Positions 1-13,618 of a stretch of DNA of 64,000 nt are shown here, in pieces. The first letter of the stretch is position 1. Every line of letters begins with the position of its first letter. A program made the position numbers and the translations under genes. A model generated the notes under the pieces. That model saw nothing but the letters and a program-made list of their open reading frames with translations. It was not told where the DNA came from and did no database searches. This stretch comes from the human T2T-CHM13v2.0 reference genome, Homo sapiens, in the NCBI RefSeq assembly GCF_009914755.1, contig NC_060947.1; one strand, written 5' to 3'.

Positions 1-302
1 TAAAACTGAAATAGGCCATGAGCTCACTCCCCTAACAATGCTGAGTGTTTGAGCTAATACGGCTTGATAATGAGGGAGCCAGATCCACTGCCAGTGCTCA
101 TGTTATATGATAAACAGACATTTGGAGAAGTATGCAGAACATCTTGGCAGTTTTCCTTTAACTCTAAGGGTTGTAAATACAAAGTAGAATGTGTTACCAT
201 GAGCCATTTCATAGGAAGTTGACTTTATTTTTTTAGAATTCAGAACTTTGCTTCTAAAAAGGTAACTTTGCCTCTTGATTCTCATTTTTTTCCCTAACTT
301 AG

Positions 303-376
303 GCACCTTGGAAGTTGTTTTCAACCATATCCAGCCTTTGCCGAATACATCCTATCTGCCACACATCCAGCGTGAG
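303..376 (+). other. FHL1: FHL1 non-coding 5'UTR exon (74 nt)
   Basis: Pyrimidine tract and acceptor ttttttccctaacttAG (301-302), strong donor GAG|GTAAGT at 377, no ATG inside. Matches my recollection of the FHL1 mRNA leader that joins to GTCCCTCCAGCTAC at 36798. Confidence 0.85.
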
Positions 377-2248
377 GTAAGTTTTACTAATTGCCACAAA
401 TTCTTACACTGATCTCCAACCTTCTAAGTTGTGGTATTAGGGGCGGCATTGTACAAAGGGCTTTATTTGTACAGGAGGTTTCAGAAGGTTCATTTTAATT
501 GACTCAACCAATGTCACTGCTTACCCTAAATATTAGCTCTCGGGGGCAATGTCTTTTCAAGGGAAAATCTCATTTGCTTTCAACTTGGGCATATGAAAAG
601 GGAATTTGCCAGGCACAACAGAACTATTTGAATGTCTGCTTTAAAGTAAAGATCTGCTCATGTCGTTGCACGAACAGTAGGGAGCAGGAAAGCTGCATGG
701 AGCAAATGCTGGGATGGGACAGAGGAGACTCCTGCTGCCAGCCACGAGAAGGTTAGGCTGACCTGATCAGCTATTAGGAATCTTTCTCCCTGGGTGGAAG
801 GAGCCAAGGTGCAGGACTGGCATTGCAAAATCTGGTGATAGAAGGCCAAAGAGTGCTTCTGCTCGGTGACATTAATAGGGTCCAGGAGATTTTCTTCTGA
901 TTTGCCCTCAAGTTCAGAACAACCTGTGGGAAGCCAGTGTAAGAATGCTTATACTGGATAAGCGTTCTCTGTCCTCTTCATTTAGCCACAGTGGCTTGTT
1001 TATACTCTGTGATGACTCAGGGTTCCTCAATTTTCTCTTTGAGAGAGGGACATTGACCTTTGAAAATAATGAAGGAATCTAAGAGAAGGCTCATCCAGGC
1101 ACGATACAGTAATGGTCCCTCGTTTTTGGTGCCCCGGTCTCTGTGCGCTCACAAGAGGGAATGTAACCTTTGCCAGCACCATACCTGTCAGGCTTTGCCA
1201 TTTCATCCCTCAAAAGGTTGCTGCGTTTTTGCCTTCACCTTCACCCTGCCCACCCCTGCATGCAGCCACATGGTCAGTGTAGGTACTTAGATTTCAGTTA
1301 GGGTACATGCTCAGCAGGTGACAAGAATTGCCTTTGTTATGTCTACTTGCTACAGAATTCTCCCCAGGTTTTAAAATATATATCTTCAAATACCTAAATG
1401 TATTAAACCTTAAAGAGTAAAAAGCATAGGACAAACTTTTAGAAATGCTAAACCTGAATTTTATCCATTTCATCAATTATGGTGGTAGTCGGAAGTCCTT
1501 CCAAGGCCCTCGGGCTTGAAGCAAGCTCGGTGATACAAGCTTTCAGCAGCTTCCCTCTGCTGCTGGAGATGGAATCTTCATTTCTGGGTCTAAATCCTGC
1601 CATAGCTCTCATTCATAGCCTTTACCTATAATGGTTGTTTTCAAACTTAAAAAAAATGATAGAAACCTATCTTCAAAAAATACAAATCTTTAGATCTAAC
1701 CCCAATAGAGAAAACCAAAGCTGAACTGCTTTGGCTCAAGTAGGAGGCTGTGACTCTCTGTCACCCTCCTCTAAGGGTGAACCCTATTGAAAGAGCAGAG
1801 ATTTTAGCTCTGTGCCCTTTCCCAGCTCTTATTTTTATTTTCCCACAGAAGAGGCTAGATTCTTTAAGGAGATATAAAGAAGGGAGAGAGAAAGATATAA
1901 AGATTCTTTAAGGAGATACAAAGACATCCTCTCATCAGCTGGAAATGCCAGCTAGGTGAGACCTGACTATGCATATGCATTGTTTGCCCTTAGTAATTCC
2001 ATAGCAATCTGCAAATTCAATCAGCTTCATCAGCAGAAAACTTTGATAGAAACCATGTGTAAAAGGGCTGTGTTCTTAAAGTGGAACATTTAAATCGAAG
2101 TTTTTCAAGCACACATTTCAAGTGGTTTTATGATACCAAGCACACCCCAGTGACATCTTTACATTGACCAAAACTTGGTATCCTTGGGTTTTCTTTTAAA
2201 GCACTGAGTTTCTCAGGTGTGTCAGTTGAATAGAATCTGCTAAATTCT

Positions 2249-2589
2249 GTTTTTTTTATTTTTTTAAATTTTTTATTTATTTATTTTTTTTTTATGGAGT
2301 CTTGCTTTGTCGCTCAGGCTGGAGTGCAGTGGTGCAAGTGCAGTGGTGCGATCTGGCTCAGTGCAACCTCCATCTCCCAGGTTCAAGCAATTCTCCTGCC
2401 TCAGCCTCCCAAATACCTGGGATTACAAGCGTCTCTACATCAACATGCCTGGCTAATTTTTGTAATTTTAGTAGAGACAGGGTTTCATCATGTTGGCTAG
2501 GCTGGTCTCAAACTCCTGGCCTCAAGCGATCCGCCCTCCTCGGCCTCCCAAAGTGCTGGGATTACAGGCGTGAGCCACTGCGCCCGGCC
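2249..2589 (-). mobile_element. Alu
   Basis: Alu consensus, poly-T tail, target-site duplication (TSD) aatctg(c/t)taaattctgtt; small internal duplication gtgcagtggtgc x2. Confidence 0.95.
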
Positions 2590-3072
2590 AAATCTGTTAA
2601 ATTCTGTTTCCATGTAACAGAAATATATAGGATTACACAACTGCATCTTGTGTTCTTTCTTCCTTTCTTTTATTCATTCATTCAGCCCTACTATGGGCCA
2701 GGGCAGGAATGTAGTGGTGAGCACAAAAACAACAAAAAAATACCTTTTGGGTTTGATATTCTTCAAGGGTGGGACATGCCTAGATTATTTTCTCTTTTGC
2801 AGACAAGGAAACTGAAAATTGCTTTGCTTTTCTCAATTACATTGCCCAGTATTCAGTAGACAGGTATGGATGCAGGGGTACAGTTCCAAGTCCCCATCTC
2901 TACTCTGCTCTTTGAGCCTATGATTTATGCCACTTCCATATAAGCATGTGCAAATAAAGTATTCAGTAATTGCCATGGATGCAGCTGTCCCTGGGACCCG
3001 AAGGCCCTAAAATGAAAATAAATGTAAACTGTGCGTTTCACACTCTATTTTTAAAACGTTTGTTTGGAATAA

Positions 3073-3441
<369 letters not shown>

Positions 3442-4062
3442 TAAGTGATGGTGTGTCCCCTTTTAATACAGTATTTATCATAGATAAACTTTATTATTCA
3501 GAAACTTAGAATTATTCCATTTGGCTGCCTTTTAGTTTACAGAATTATTTGGAACACAAGCTTGAACACATAATTCTTAACACATACGTGAACTGGGCTA
3601 AATTTGAGTATTTGTACCATAGTAGTGACAATATTGTTAATTAAACATGTGTTTCACATGTAGGAGATATTTGTATCACTGACATATGGTCATTTTCATT
3701 ATTGATTTGGCAGTTTTTTAATATTCACAAAACACAAAATTTTGAAATACAGTAGTCAAAGTGATTTGATCTGTGCCATTTGTATTGATGTAACCTCTCT
3801 TCTTGGTGCACTAGCAATAAGAAGGAGAATCAGCACAGATGGGTTACACAGACTTAGAGGATTTGGAAACCATCACTTTAGAGCCAAGGTCTCAAACTGA
3901 TGGGCTGGATCTGGCACACAGAGGTGTTCTTTTAAAATTTTAATTGCCAGCATTTAAAAATTGAAAGGTTTCATATTTTTTGAAGTCCAAATTTTTCAGC
4001 TTCTCTTGAAATATCAGAAGATCTGGCAATATTGAGCCCTCACTCCTGTTTGGCTACACTAG

Positions 4063-4393
<331 letters not shown>

Positions 4394-4779
4394 AGCTGCT
4401 GTTTCTTTAGCTAGAGCATGAACTCTGAAGTTTGCCACAGTCTCTGGCAGTATCTGTAATCTCCTTGACACTAAGGACAAGGGTTGGTTGCCATTATCTG
4501 AATGTTTAACCCCTATAGACATGTGAGTTTTCAATCCCAGGTCTAGATAAAATTGAGGTTGCAAACTTAAGGTCATCCTTTTTCTCAAGATATCAGCTTG
4601 CTAATTTTCAGGGGCACGACATAGGGTGACAGTCATATTAAGGAGGTGCTTTAAAAGGGTTGAGGGCAAACATTTCAGAGGAAGGTTACTTTCTGATGAT
4701 GGTACCTGATTAAGAAAAGGATACATCGACAGGTACGGGTGATTTATTTTATTCTGGCAGATTCCTGTAGTCTACTTTG

Positions 4780-4910
4780 GTGCTTCTCACACTTTAATGT
4801 GCAGATTCTGATGCAGCAGGTCTAGAGTAGGGCCTGAGATCCTGCATTTCCAACAAGCGCCAGGTTATACCACTGCTGATCTGAGGACCTCCCTCTCTTT
4901 GAGTAGCAAG
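4780..4910. mobile_element. MER5A-like DNA transposon fragment
   Basis: gattctgat..caggtct..ggcctgaga..ctgcatttc.aacaagc resembles the MER5A core. Confidence 0.55.
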
Positions 4911-5399
4911 GGGACTCTAAAAGCAATCCTAAGAAAAATCAGTCAGGCAGTGATGGTGCTAATGTTTAGAACATTCACTTTTCTCTAGCCTGAGAAAGAA
5001 AAAGAGATACGAACCAGGGTATTTTGGGTTGAATCTTCCCAGATAAATCTGGATCTACTTTGAGTTGGAGCAGAGGAGATGAAAAATCAATTATTTTCAA
5101 TACAGTATAGCACATGGGAAAGATAAATCTAACTCTGATTTTAAAATTTGTTTTAAATTAAGTGCTTCTGGTAAAAAAAAAGCTAGATATGCTCAGGAAT
5201 CATGAAATGTAGGGATTAGAGCTTTTAATTTTAGGAAAATATGGGGCTGTTAGCAAACTTGTAAATCAGACCACAGAAAATAGGATAATTATCAAATCCC
5301 TGGTTATATGATAACCTTGTAAGCTATAAAATGATTTTAAAAAGTTGGAAAGAAAGAAATCAACAGTTTCAAATATATACAGTCCTATATTGAAAAGTA

Positions 5400-6230
5400 T
5401 AATTAAAATGAAAAAGCACACCAGGAAAAATCTGTGGCACAGATGACAAGATACATAATTTCTATATCATGCACAGACCTCATACAGATTGTAAGAAAGG
5501 TGCGCACAGGCCTAGCACGTGGTAGGTGCTTCCTAACTGTTGGCTGAATGAATTATCCAATTGATAGATGGGTAAAAGACACTCAAGTTATATCACAATG
5601 TAAAGAAATGCATGGAAAACATTCAGCCTCACTGGTATGCAAAGATAAGCATATTTGAACGTCAGCAAGGCACACTTTTACTAAGTTAGCAGAATTACAA
5701 AAAGAAAACACAATGTTAATATGGTTAACTTGAAATGGATATGCACTTATTCACTGCTGGTAGCAAAGTAAGTTGGTACAAAGCCTTTTGGAACATTGTT
5801 TGGCAATATATGCCTAAAGGCACAAAGATTGGTACCCTTTAATCTAGTAATCATACTTTGGGAAATGTGTTCTGAGAAACAAATTATTCTAAGAAAAGAA
5901 AAAAAGCTGTGTAAGCATTCATCACAGTGTTATTTGTGAGGACAAAAAGAAAGAATTTAAATGTCTAATGTGAAAAAAATAGTTCATTTATTCAATAAAT
6001 AGTTTTGATTGAGTAGATTATGATACATCTATGCAGTGGAATTTCATGAATCTGTTAATTATAATTTTCACACTTACATTAGCAATATGAAAGAATTTGT
6101 ATAATATAGTCTTACTAAAAAATGCAGGATGCAAAATTGTATATATGCTGTGATTGTAACTTGCAAAGTGATATGTACCTGTGGACAAGAACTAGAAGGC
6201 ACAAGGAAAAAATGTAAGTATCACTTTATT
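5400..6230 (+). mobile_element. Old L1 (L1M) 3' fragments
   Basis: Degenerate motifs cactgctggt..gtaagttggtaca..cttttgga..tttggcaata; boundaries approximate. Confidence 0.55.
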
Positions 6231-7407
6231 TGAAGTTGTATTCATGTTGTGATGTTGTTTGTACATTTTGCTATTACTTAGATGTTGAGAATCTTCCACT
6301 TTTATGTACTTAACTCCATATCACAAGCCGGATATTCTAATCTATCACAGAGTGCTTAGTAAGTAACCAAGAAACATGAGGACTCCTGTCTAGAGCCTAA
6401 ACATGGGGTTCCAGTGCTCTAGTTCCTTCTCGCTTGTTGTGTTTCATCATCCAGAGCCCCCATTTCTCTTTCTTCCGTATTTGGTGGTTGGTAGAGGCAT
6501 CTTGGTATATACCACATGACACCAAGTATAAATATTTGTTTCAGAGCTTTTAATGAATGTCTAGCAGTGCCAGGCAGGGAATGAATTTTCATGTTTAAAG
6601 GTCCAGTGTCCACTTAAGGAACATCTTAATGGAGCTACAGCTCAAGAGCAAGCCCATTTCATCTTCTGATTTCCATTAGATAAGCAACAAAAATTGGCTT
6701 TAAGGTCATGAGCCTCCTTACAGCAGTCCCTCTCACCTTCAGCTGTATTCCCTATTTCAGATATACTTGTTTCTCTGCTGTAAGTACACTTTTCTTTTCT
6801 AATTAGGTCAGTTACTTCATGTCTGTTTTTCTTTTTTGACATGGTTTCTTCTGGCTTTGGCACCACATATTTTCCCCATATGTCATTGCCTCTGGAGCTT
6901 CATGTTGCAATAGTTTTTCAAGGGGAACGGAGAGCACATTGCTAAGGGTGGGGGATGGCTTTTGCCTCTTTTGCCTGCCCTTTGCTTCAGTGAGTGTTCG
7001 TATTTCTGTTGGGCCTAGTTCTGTTTGGTTTTGTAGTCTTCAGAGTCAGTTATGTTTGGACTGAAAGATACTTAAGTAAAAATAATGGCAAGTCAGAGAT
7101 ATGTCTGGCAAAGGTGCAGCACATTTGTTAAGGTTACTGGTTTATTTATCTCCCTTGTCTCTATGGTGACTAAATCTGGGTCTGGGATTTAATGGACTTA
7201 GTTTTGACCTCTTGTAACATCTCCTAACTTTTCCCAGCCTCTGATTTAGAAAGAATTCATTTTCACTTGAGGAGAGAAACTGTCTCACTTAGAAAAGGGG
7301 TCCTAACTGGACTCTCGAAAAGTGGAATCTCTAGTCTTTGATTCTTACACAGTCTTCAACCAGAGTACCCATTGTGGTTGTAAAGAAAGCTAAGAAGTCA
7401 TGTAGAA

Positions 7408-7409
<2 letters not shown>

Positions 7410-7462
<53 letters not shown>
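7410..7462. repeat. (CA)26 microsatellite
   Basis: Uninterrupted CA run. Confidence 0.98.
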
Positions 7463-7464
<2 letters not shown>

Positions 7465-8864
7465 ATGTCTCAAGGAAATACTTTTCTTTTTAGTGAAATA
7501 AAGTATTATTTAGTTAATGTGAATGAACTGTCTGTAAAGAGAACCTTTTGTCAGAATACCAAATCAATGGAACCATTGACTGGACATTATGTTTTTATTT
7601 TTTAAAAGTATCTCCTTTACCCATTACAGGATTATAAATTTGCACACATATAAATGTTTGAACCATATTTCAGAGTTCAAGTGTATTAAATTGTGCCATG
7701 GAAGTCCACAATAAAGATTGGGTTTGACCAGGATTCTCATGGAAGAAGTCAGATTTGGACAGCTAAGTTCAAATCTAGTGTTCCATCTTCACAATTGATG
7801 TGAAATGAGGACATAGATATCTGATCTCTAAGGTAGGTAGAGTCAAACCATCTTGGACTTCAGTTGGTTCAAATGAGCCTTTAAAACTTTTTCTCTTCTC
7901 CTGTATGGTGCTTTGAGACTTATAAAAACATTCCAGCTGTAAGAATTTACTAATTTGTTCATCTGTTTACAGGTCTTTTCAGCTTCTCTAAGAATAAGCT
8001 CACATGTGAATTTTCTTTGAAACCCCAAAACAAAGGAGTCAGTAAATGATTGATTATCAAGTATTGCACAGAGACTGAGGCAAGGGAAGTGACAAAAGTC
8101 CTCTTCTGTCCTTACTCCCCAAGTATAAAATATTAGAGTTCAGATCTGTCATCAAGTTTAGTTCAAGCCCAATAGGAACTTGTGATTACTTAGTAAGGTT
8201 TTTGAACATCATAAAAGTTCAGTGCATATGGAAGTTGTTGTAAGATTTTGTCCATCATGAACGCTCCTATTAATAGGCAAAGATTTGAGAAGCCAACAAC
8301 AGATGCTCACTTGTAAGAGAGAACCATGCCTGGGAGATGAATGTTGGATGCTCCTTAACTTCTGAGTTTGAAACCTTGACTCACTTGTCTTATAACCGTG
8401 GACGTAGAATATTTGTTAGATTAAGGTCATAGCTAAGTCATACAAATTTTATTATGATCAGTACAGTAAGCATAGCTGGGGTCAAAGCTTTTATGGAAAT
8501 CACAATGTTAAGGCCTGAAGTCCTTAATAATGCTTGAGAAAGAATGGCACTTTTATCATCATCATTATCATTGTCATCATCATTATTATCATATCAACCT
8601 TATATCACATGTTGAAAGCCCAGTGTGGTGAACTGTGCTAATAATTGTTATAATTTATGTATTTCATTATTGATATTTCAATTTTGTTTGAACAACTGTA
8701 GGGATCAATTTAAAATAAAAAGGAGGAAATATATAAAAATGTATTTAGAATAGTAGCCTCATTGTCCTGTCTTATCAGCCAGATAAGCTTTGTGCTTTGT
8801 AGAGCATCTCTCACTGAAGGATACCTAATTATTGGATAAACAATTAGTTCTTTAACAGTTCTTA

Positions 8865-9050
8865 GGCTGGGTGCAGTGGCTCACGCCTGTAGTCCCAGCT
8901 ACTCAGGAGGCTGAGGCATGAGAATCGCTTGATCCCAGGAGGCAGAGGGTGCAGGGTGCAGAGATCGCACGACTACACTCCAACCTGGGTGATAGAGTGA
9001 GACTCTGTCAAAAAAACAAACAGACAAAACAACAACAACAACAACAACAA
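8865..9050 (+). mobile_element. Monomer-length Alu with (CAA)n tail
   Basis: Left-arm start fused to right-arm body; TSD aacagttctt. Confidence 0.9.
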
Positions 9051-9173
9051 AACCCAAACCAAAGAACAGTTCTTCACCTAAGTAGAAAAGCAGAAAAACA
9101 ATGGTTTGAGGTCTTTGTGAGTCTGTGGACATCTCTTAAACCATGTGTGAGAGGACCATTTCTTTTTCTATTC

Positions 9174-9469
9174 TTTTTTTTTTTTTGAGACATAGTCTCA
9201 CTCTGTTGCCCAGGCTGGTGTGCAATGACGTGATCTTGCCTCACTGCAACCTCTTGCTCCTGGGTTCAAATGGTTCTTGTGCCTCAGCCTCCCGATTAGC
9301 TGGGACTATAGGCATGTGCCACCAGGCCTGGATAATTTTTTGGTATTTTTAGTAGAGACGGGGTTTCACCATGTTGGCTAGGCTGGCCTCGAACTCCTGA
9401 CTTCAAGTGATCCACCCGCCTTGGACTCCCAAAGTGCTGGGATTACAAGCATGAGCCACTGTGCCCAGC
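9174..9469 (-). mobile_element. Alu
   Basis: Consensus; TSD aggaccatttct. Confidence 0.95.
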
Positions 9470-11141
9470 CGATAGGACCATTTCTGTACACATTCATTAG
9501 GGCTACAAATTCATAATTTCCATAAGGTACTCTCTGTGTTTCTTTCCCAGGACCGGTAGAGTTTTTCCTATGGGTGGTGGTGAGAGTTTGTGTACATAAT
9601 TGTCAGCGTGCACAGGCATAGGGATTTATAATCCAGAGGGTCTTTTGCTCCCTACAGTGGTTCAAATGGAAACTAATTGGAGAGGGTGAGTTCCACCCTT
9701 TGCATTGGGCTCATGGGACAGGTTTGAACTGGAAAACAGTACAACATGCTCCAGTATTTTTAGCCTATCCCTTATGTTCCCAGCTCTGCCGTTTGAACTG
9801 TCAGTTCTCATAGACTTCACATAGGATCTTGACCTGACTTTTGGTCCTCTCGTGGGTGTTTTCCATTTTCCTTACTGGGGCAATCTAAGGCACAAAGAGT
9901 AAAGGATTTGGTCAGAGTTACTGTCTTAAATTGTACTCTGCTTTCTCCAGGAAACTGGAAGCTTCTGAGGAGCAAGAAGCCTGATGTTTCCTCTTATGTC
10001 CTTTGTATCATTTATTATTTAGTGCCAGAGACTTAGTAGGCATTTGCTAGAGATACAATTAATTGAATGAAAGGCATTATGTAAATTACAAACCATAGCA
10101 TTACCGTGGTATTACACAGGACTGTCTTAGGATCCCTGTTCCTCTAATATCCATATTCCTGAATTGTTGGAGGATATGCTTGAATAGAACAATCCCTTTT
10201 CCTTCACTGTAGCATGACATTATTTTTTCCCGGCCTGTTATCAGCAAGTTTTTCGAACAGAAAAGTTGAAATTATACAGTGAACGCTCCTATTCCTACCA
10301 CCTAGAGTCAGCAATTAAACATTTTACTATATTTGCTTTATCAAATATCCACCATTAACCCATCTTAATTTTTGGATGCATTTCAGAGTACGCTGAAGGC
10401 ATCTGTACGCTTTACCCCTAAACACTTCAGCTTTATCATTATGTGGTTTCAATTTTGACTTTCTTAGAGCTGCTTTCAAATTTGTTGAGATCCTGACATT
10501 TATTTTGGTGGTGGCTAAGAAGACGTAGTAACTCAAATGTGCAATATGCTCAGTTTTCAGACCCTGGGAGTTTCTCTTTGTTTGTAACTACCAGCAAGTA
10601 TACGGACACATACATATCGCTGTCCCTTCCCCGCTTCGTTATATGGTCACATTATTTGTATTGTTGAAATTTGGAAAGCCAGCCTAGGAAATGCAGTTGA
10701 GGGGCTTGTGGATATGAATGAAATCAAAGAATTGGGGTTGAGAATAGTAGGGCAAAAGGTTAGAGTTAGCTACTATAAAGGGAGGATAGAGTTGGGTATA
10801 AGGAGTGGGGAAGAGATTCAGATCAGGAAGTTATCAGCATGATACCACTTTCATATATGAAGTCTAGAAGAGGGTTTGGTGGCTGTTTATATGACCTAAA
10901 GGTCATGGATTGAATAAACACTAAGAGTGCAAATAGTCCTTCCAGTCTAGTGGTTTTCATATTGTATTCCATGGAACCCTAGAATTTATAGACATGTCTC
11001 AGAGGTTTTACCAACATTTGAATTATACTTTCGCAAGTATATTGAACTATTTTTAAAAACACTAATAAGAAAACCCAACAAAAACACTTGACTGTGTTTT
11101 ATAGAAAATTTTATCATCCTGGAGAACACATACTGATTGAC

Positions 11142-11459
11142 TTTATTTTATTTTATTTTATTTATTATTTTTTTGAGACAGAGTCTCACTCTCTCGCCCA
11201 GGCTGGAGTGCAAAGGCGTGTGATCTCGGCTCACTGCAACCTCTGTCTCCCAGGTTGAAGCGATTCTCCTGCCTCAGCTTCCTGAGTAGCTGGAATTACA
11301 GGCGCTTACCACTACGCCTGGCTAATTTTTGTATTTTTAGTAGAGACGGGGTTTTGCCATGTTGGCCAAGCTGGTCGTGAACTCCTGACTTGAGGTGACC
11401 CCACCCGCCTTGGTCCCCCAAAGTGCTGGGATTACCTGCGTGAGCCACCGCGCCCGGCC
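11142..11459 (-). mobile_element. Alu
   Basis: Consensus; TSD ctgattgacttta. Confidence 0.95.
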
Positions 11460-13231
11460 CTGATTGACTTTAACATAAGTAAAGGTTATTAATGTCAACC
11501 TAAAATAAAGTTTTGACTAACACTTATCTGTCATCCATCAAAGTCGGGGTAGTATTTCTATGTGGGAATAAAGACAAAAGGTCCACAGCAGGACCATTAC
11601 ACTAAAGCCATGGGTGTTAAGGCATTGGCCTGCAAAAGCTGAAGTTACGTTTTGGTTTCCAGTTACCATGAGCACTTATCCATCTGTTATATTTAGATTT
11701 TTTTTTCTAGTACCTTTAGGAATCTGCAAACAGACGAGTATCTGCTTTAAACTTGAAACGACCATAAAAGGAGAGAGATGGTTAGGATGCCGGAGGCTGG
11801 CTACACTGTCATCCTTCAGATGGGCCTGTGTGAATGGATTAGGGAACCTTCAAAAAGGTCTCTCTTCTGGCCCAAACTGCTCAACCTGGTCTGAAAATGT
11901 ATGTGTGCAATATTGCACTTCATGATGAGATGTGATGTTCAGGGCTTCTTTAATAATGCCTAGAAAAACCTTAAAATGGGCTTGGCAGATTTCTTTCATT
12001 TGGAGGCTGTGGTACTCAACTTTGGTGTTTTTCATTCCAGACTGTACCACATTCTGTGCCCATAGTTTGAAAAACATTTTGGAAGCCAATACCTGCTTGT
12101 GTGTAGCTGCAGTCAGTTTTTAAAGGTTTTGCTGATGTATATTTTATTTTCCCCTAACCTTTATTAAGATCTTCAAAGTTGAAATGACTTTGCAGTGGCC
12201 ATCTTTATCCCCATCATCAACAGGCTGCCATTAATAGCATTTTATTCTACCTGTTTTATTACTATCTATCCATCCCTCCATCCATCAGTCTATCTTATTT
12301 TTGGATGCATTTCAAAGTGAATGTAGCAGATTTCACCAGTTAACTTCATAATATTTTATACACTTGAAGTCTAGCTTTTTGAACAGTACACAAATGTGAC
12401 TAAATTGCTATAGAATGCTGTTAAAGAAGGTATAAAATAAATGCCCCAGTTTTGGAAAAAATTTAGGAGCCTTATTTTAAAAGTAACAGGTATTCTGGAA
12501 TCCTGGCATGGAGTTGGAAAAAAATATACTAATTTTTAAATTGGAACTTTTTTGTAACTCAGACATTGCTGACCCCTAAAAAAGAGGGGATACACTTGTA
12601 AATTTTATTTTCATCCCAGGCAGGAGTTAAGTAACTTCCCGTTCTTATAGAGAGGCAAGATCATCTTGAAAAGTGTTATAGACATAGAATGTTGGTTACG
12701 CCCACAGAATCAATTGCATTTGGAAGGCAGAGGAACAGTTAACTGAGGACTAAGTTGATCTATGCAGGGTCTGAGTCCAAACCCTGGTGTCAAGGTGTTA
12801 AGTGCAAATTATTATTATTATTTTTTAAAGAAAACACTCTTGTTACAATTTGGACAGAGAGAATGGTATGGAGATGAAAGGTTCTCGTGTATGGCTTTTG
12901 CTCCTATTTATGTGGAAAGCACGCCCTACATTCTTTCAAAGCTGTGTTGTTCCCTTTATTCTCAGTCCCCAGAATTGTGTGCAAACACACTCTCTTGGCC
13001 CAGGGGTTTGGCTGGGTGTGTTTCCTTCTGGAAGTCTTCACTAGCACTCTTGAGTTAGCTGGCAGGAGATCCCTTAAAACCATTTCCAAGCAGTTTTTCT
13101 CACTTCCCTATAGGGGCTAATCCTGTACTTTCCACTTCAGTTCCAGCTGCTGTTGCTTGGGAAGAAACAAATTTCTGCTGTGTTCTCAATCTCCAGACGG
13201 TCCATGAAAATTTAATGTATAAGAACAAAGA

Positions 13232-13618
<387 letters not shown>

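Noticed and set aside
255-267. Donor-like AAG|GTAACT at 262
   Set aside because: Only 41 nt from the next acceptor, too short for a normal intron. It could belong to another first exon, but the window gives no further support.
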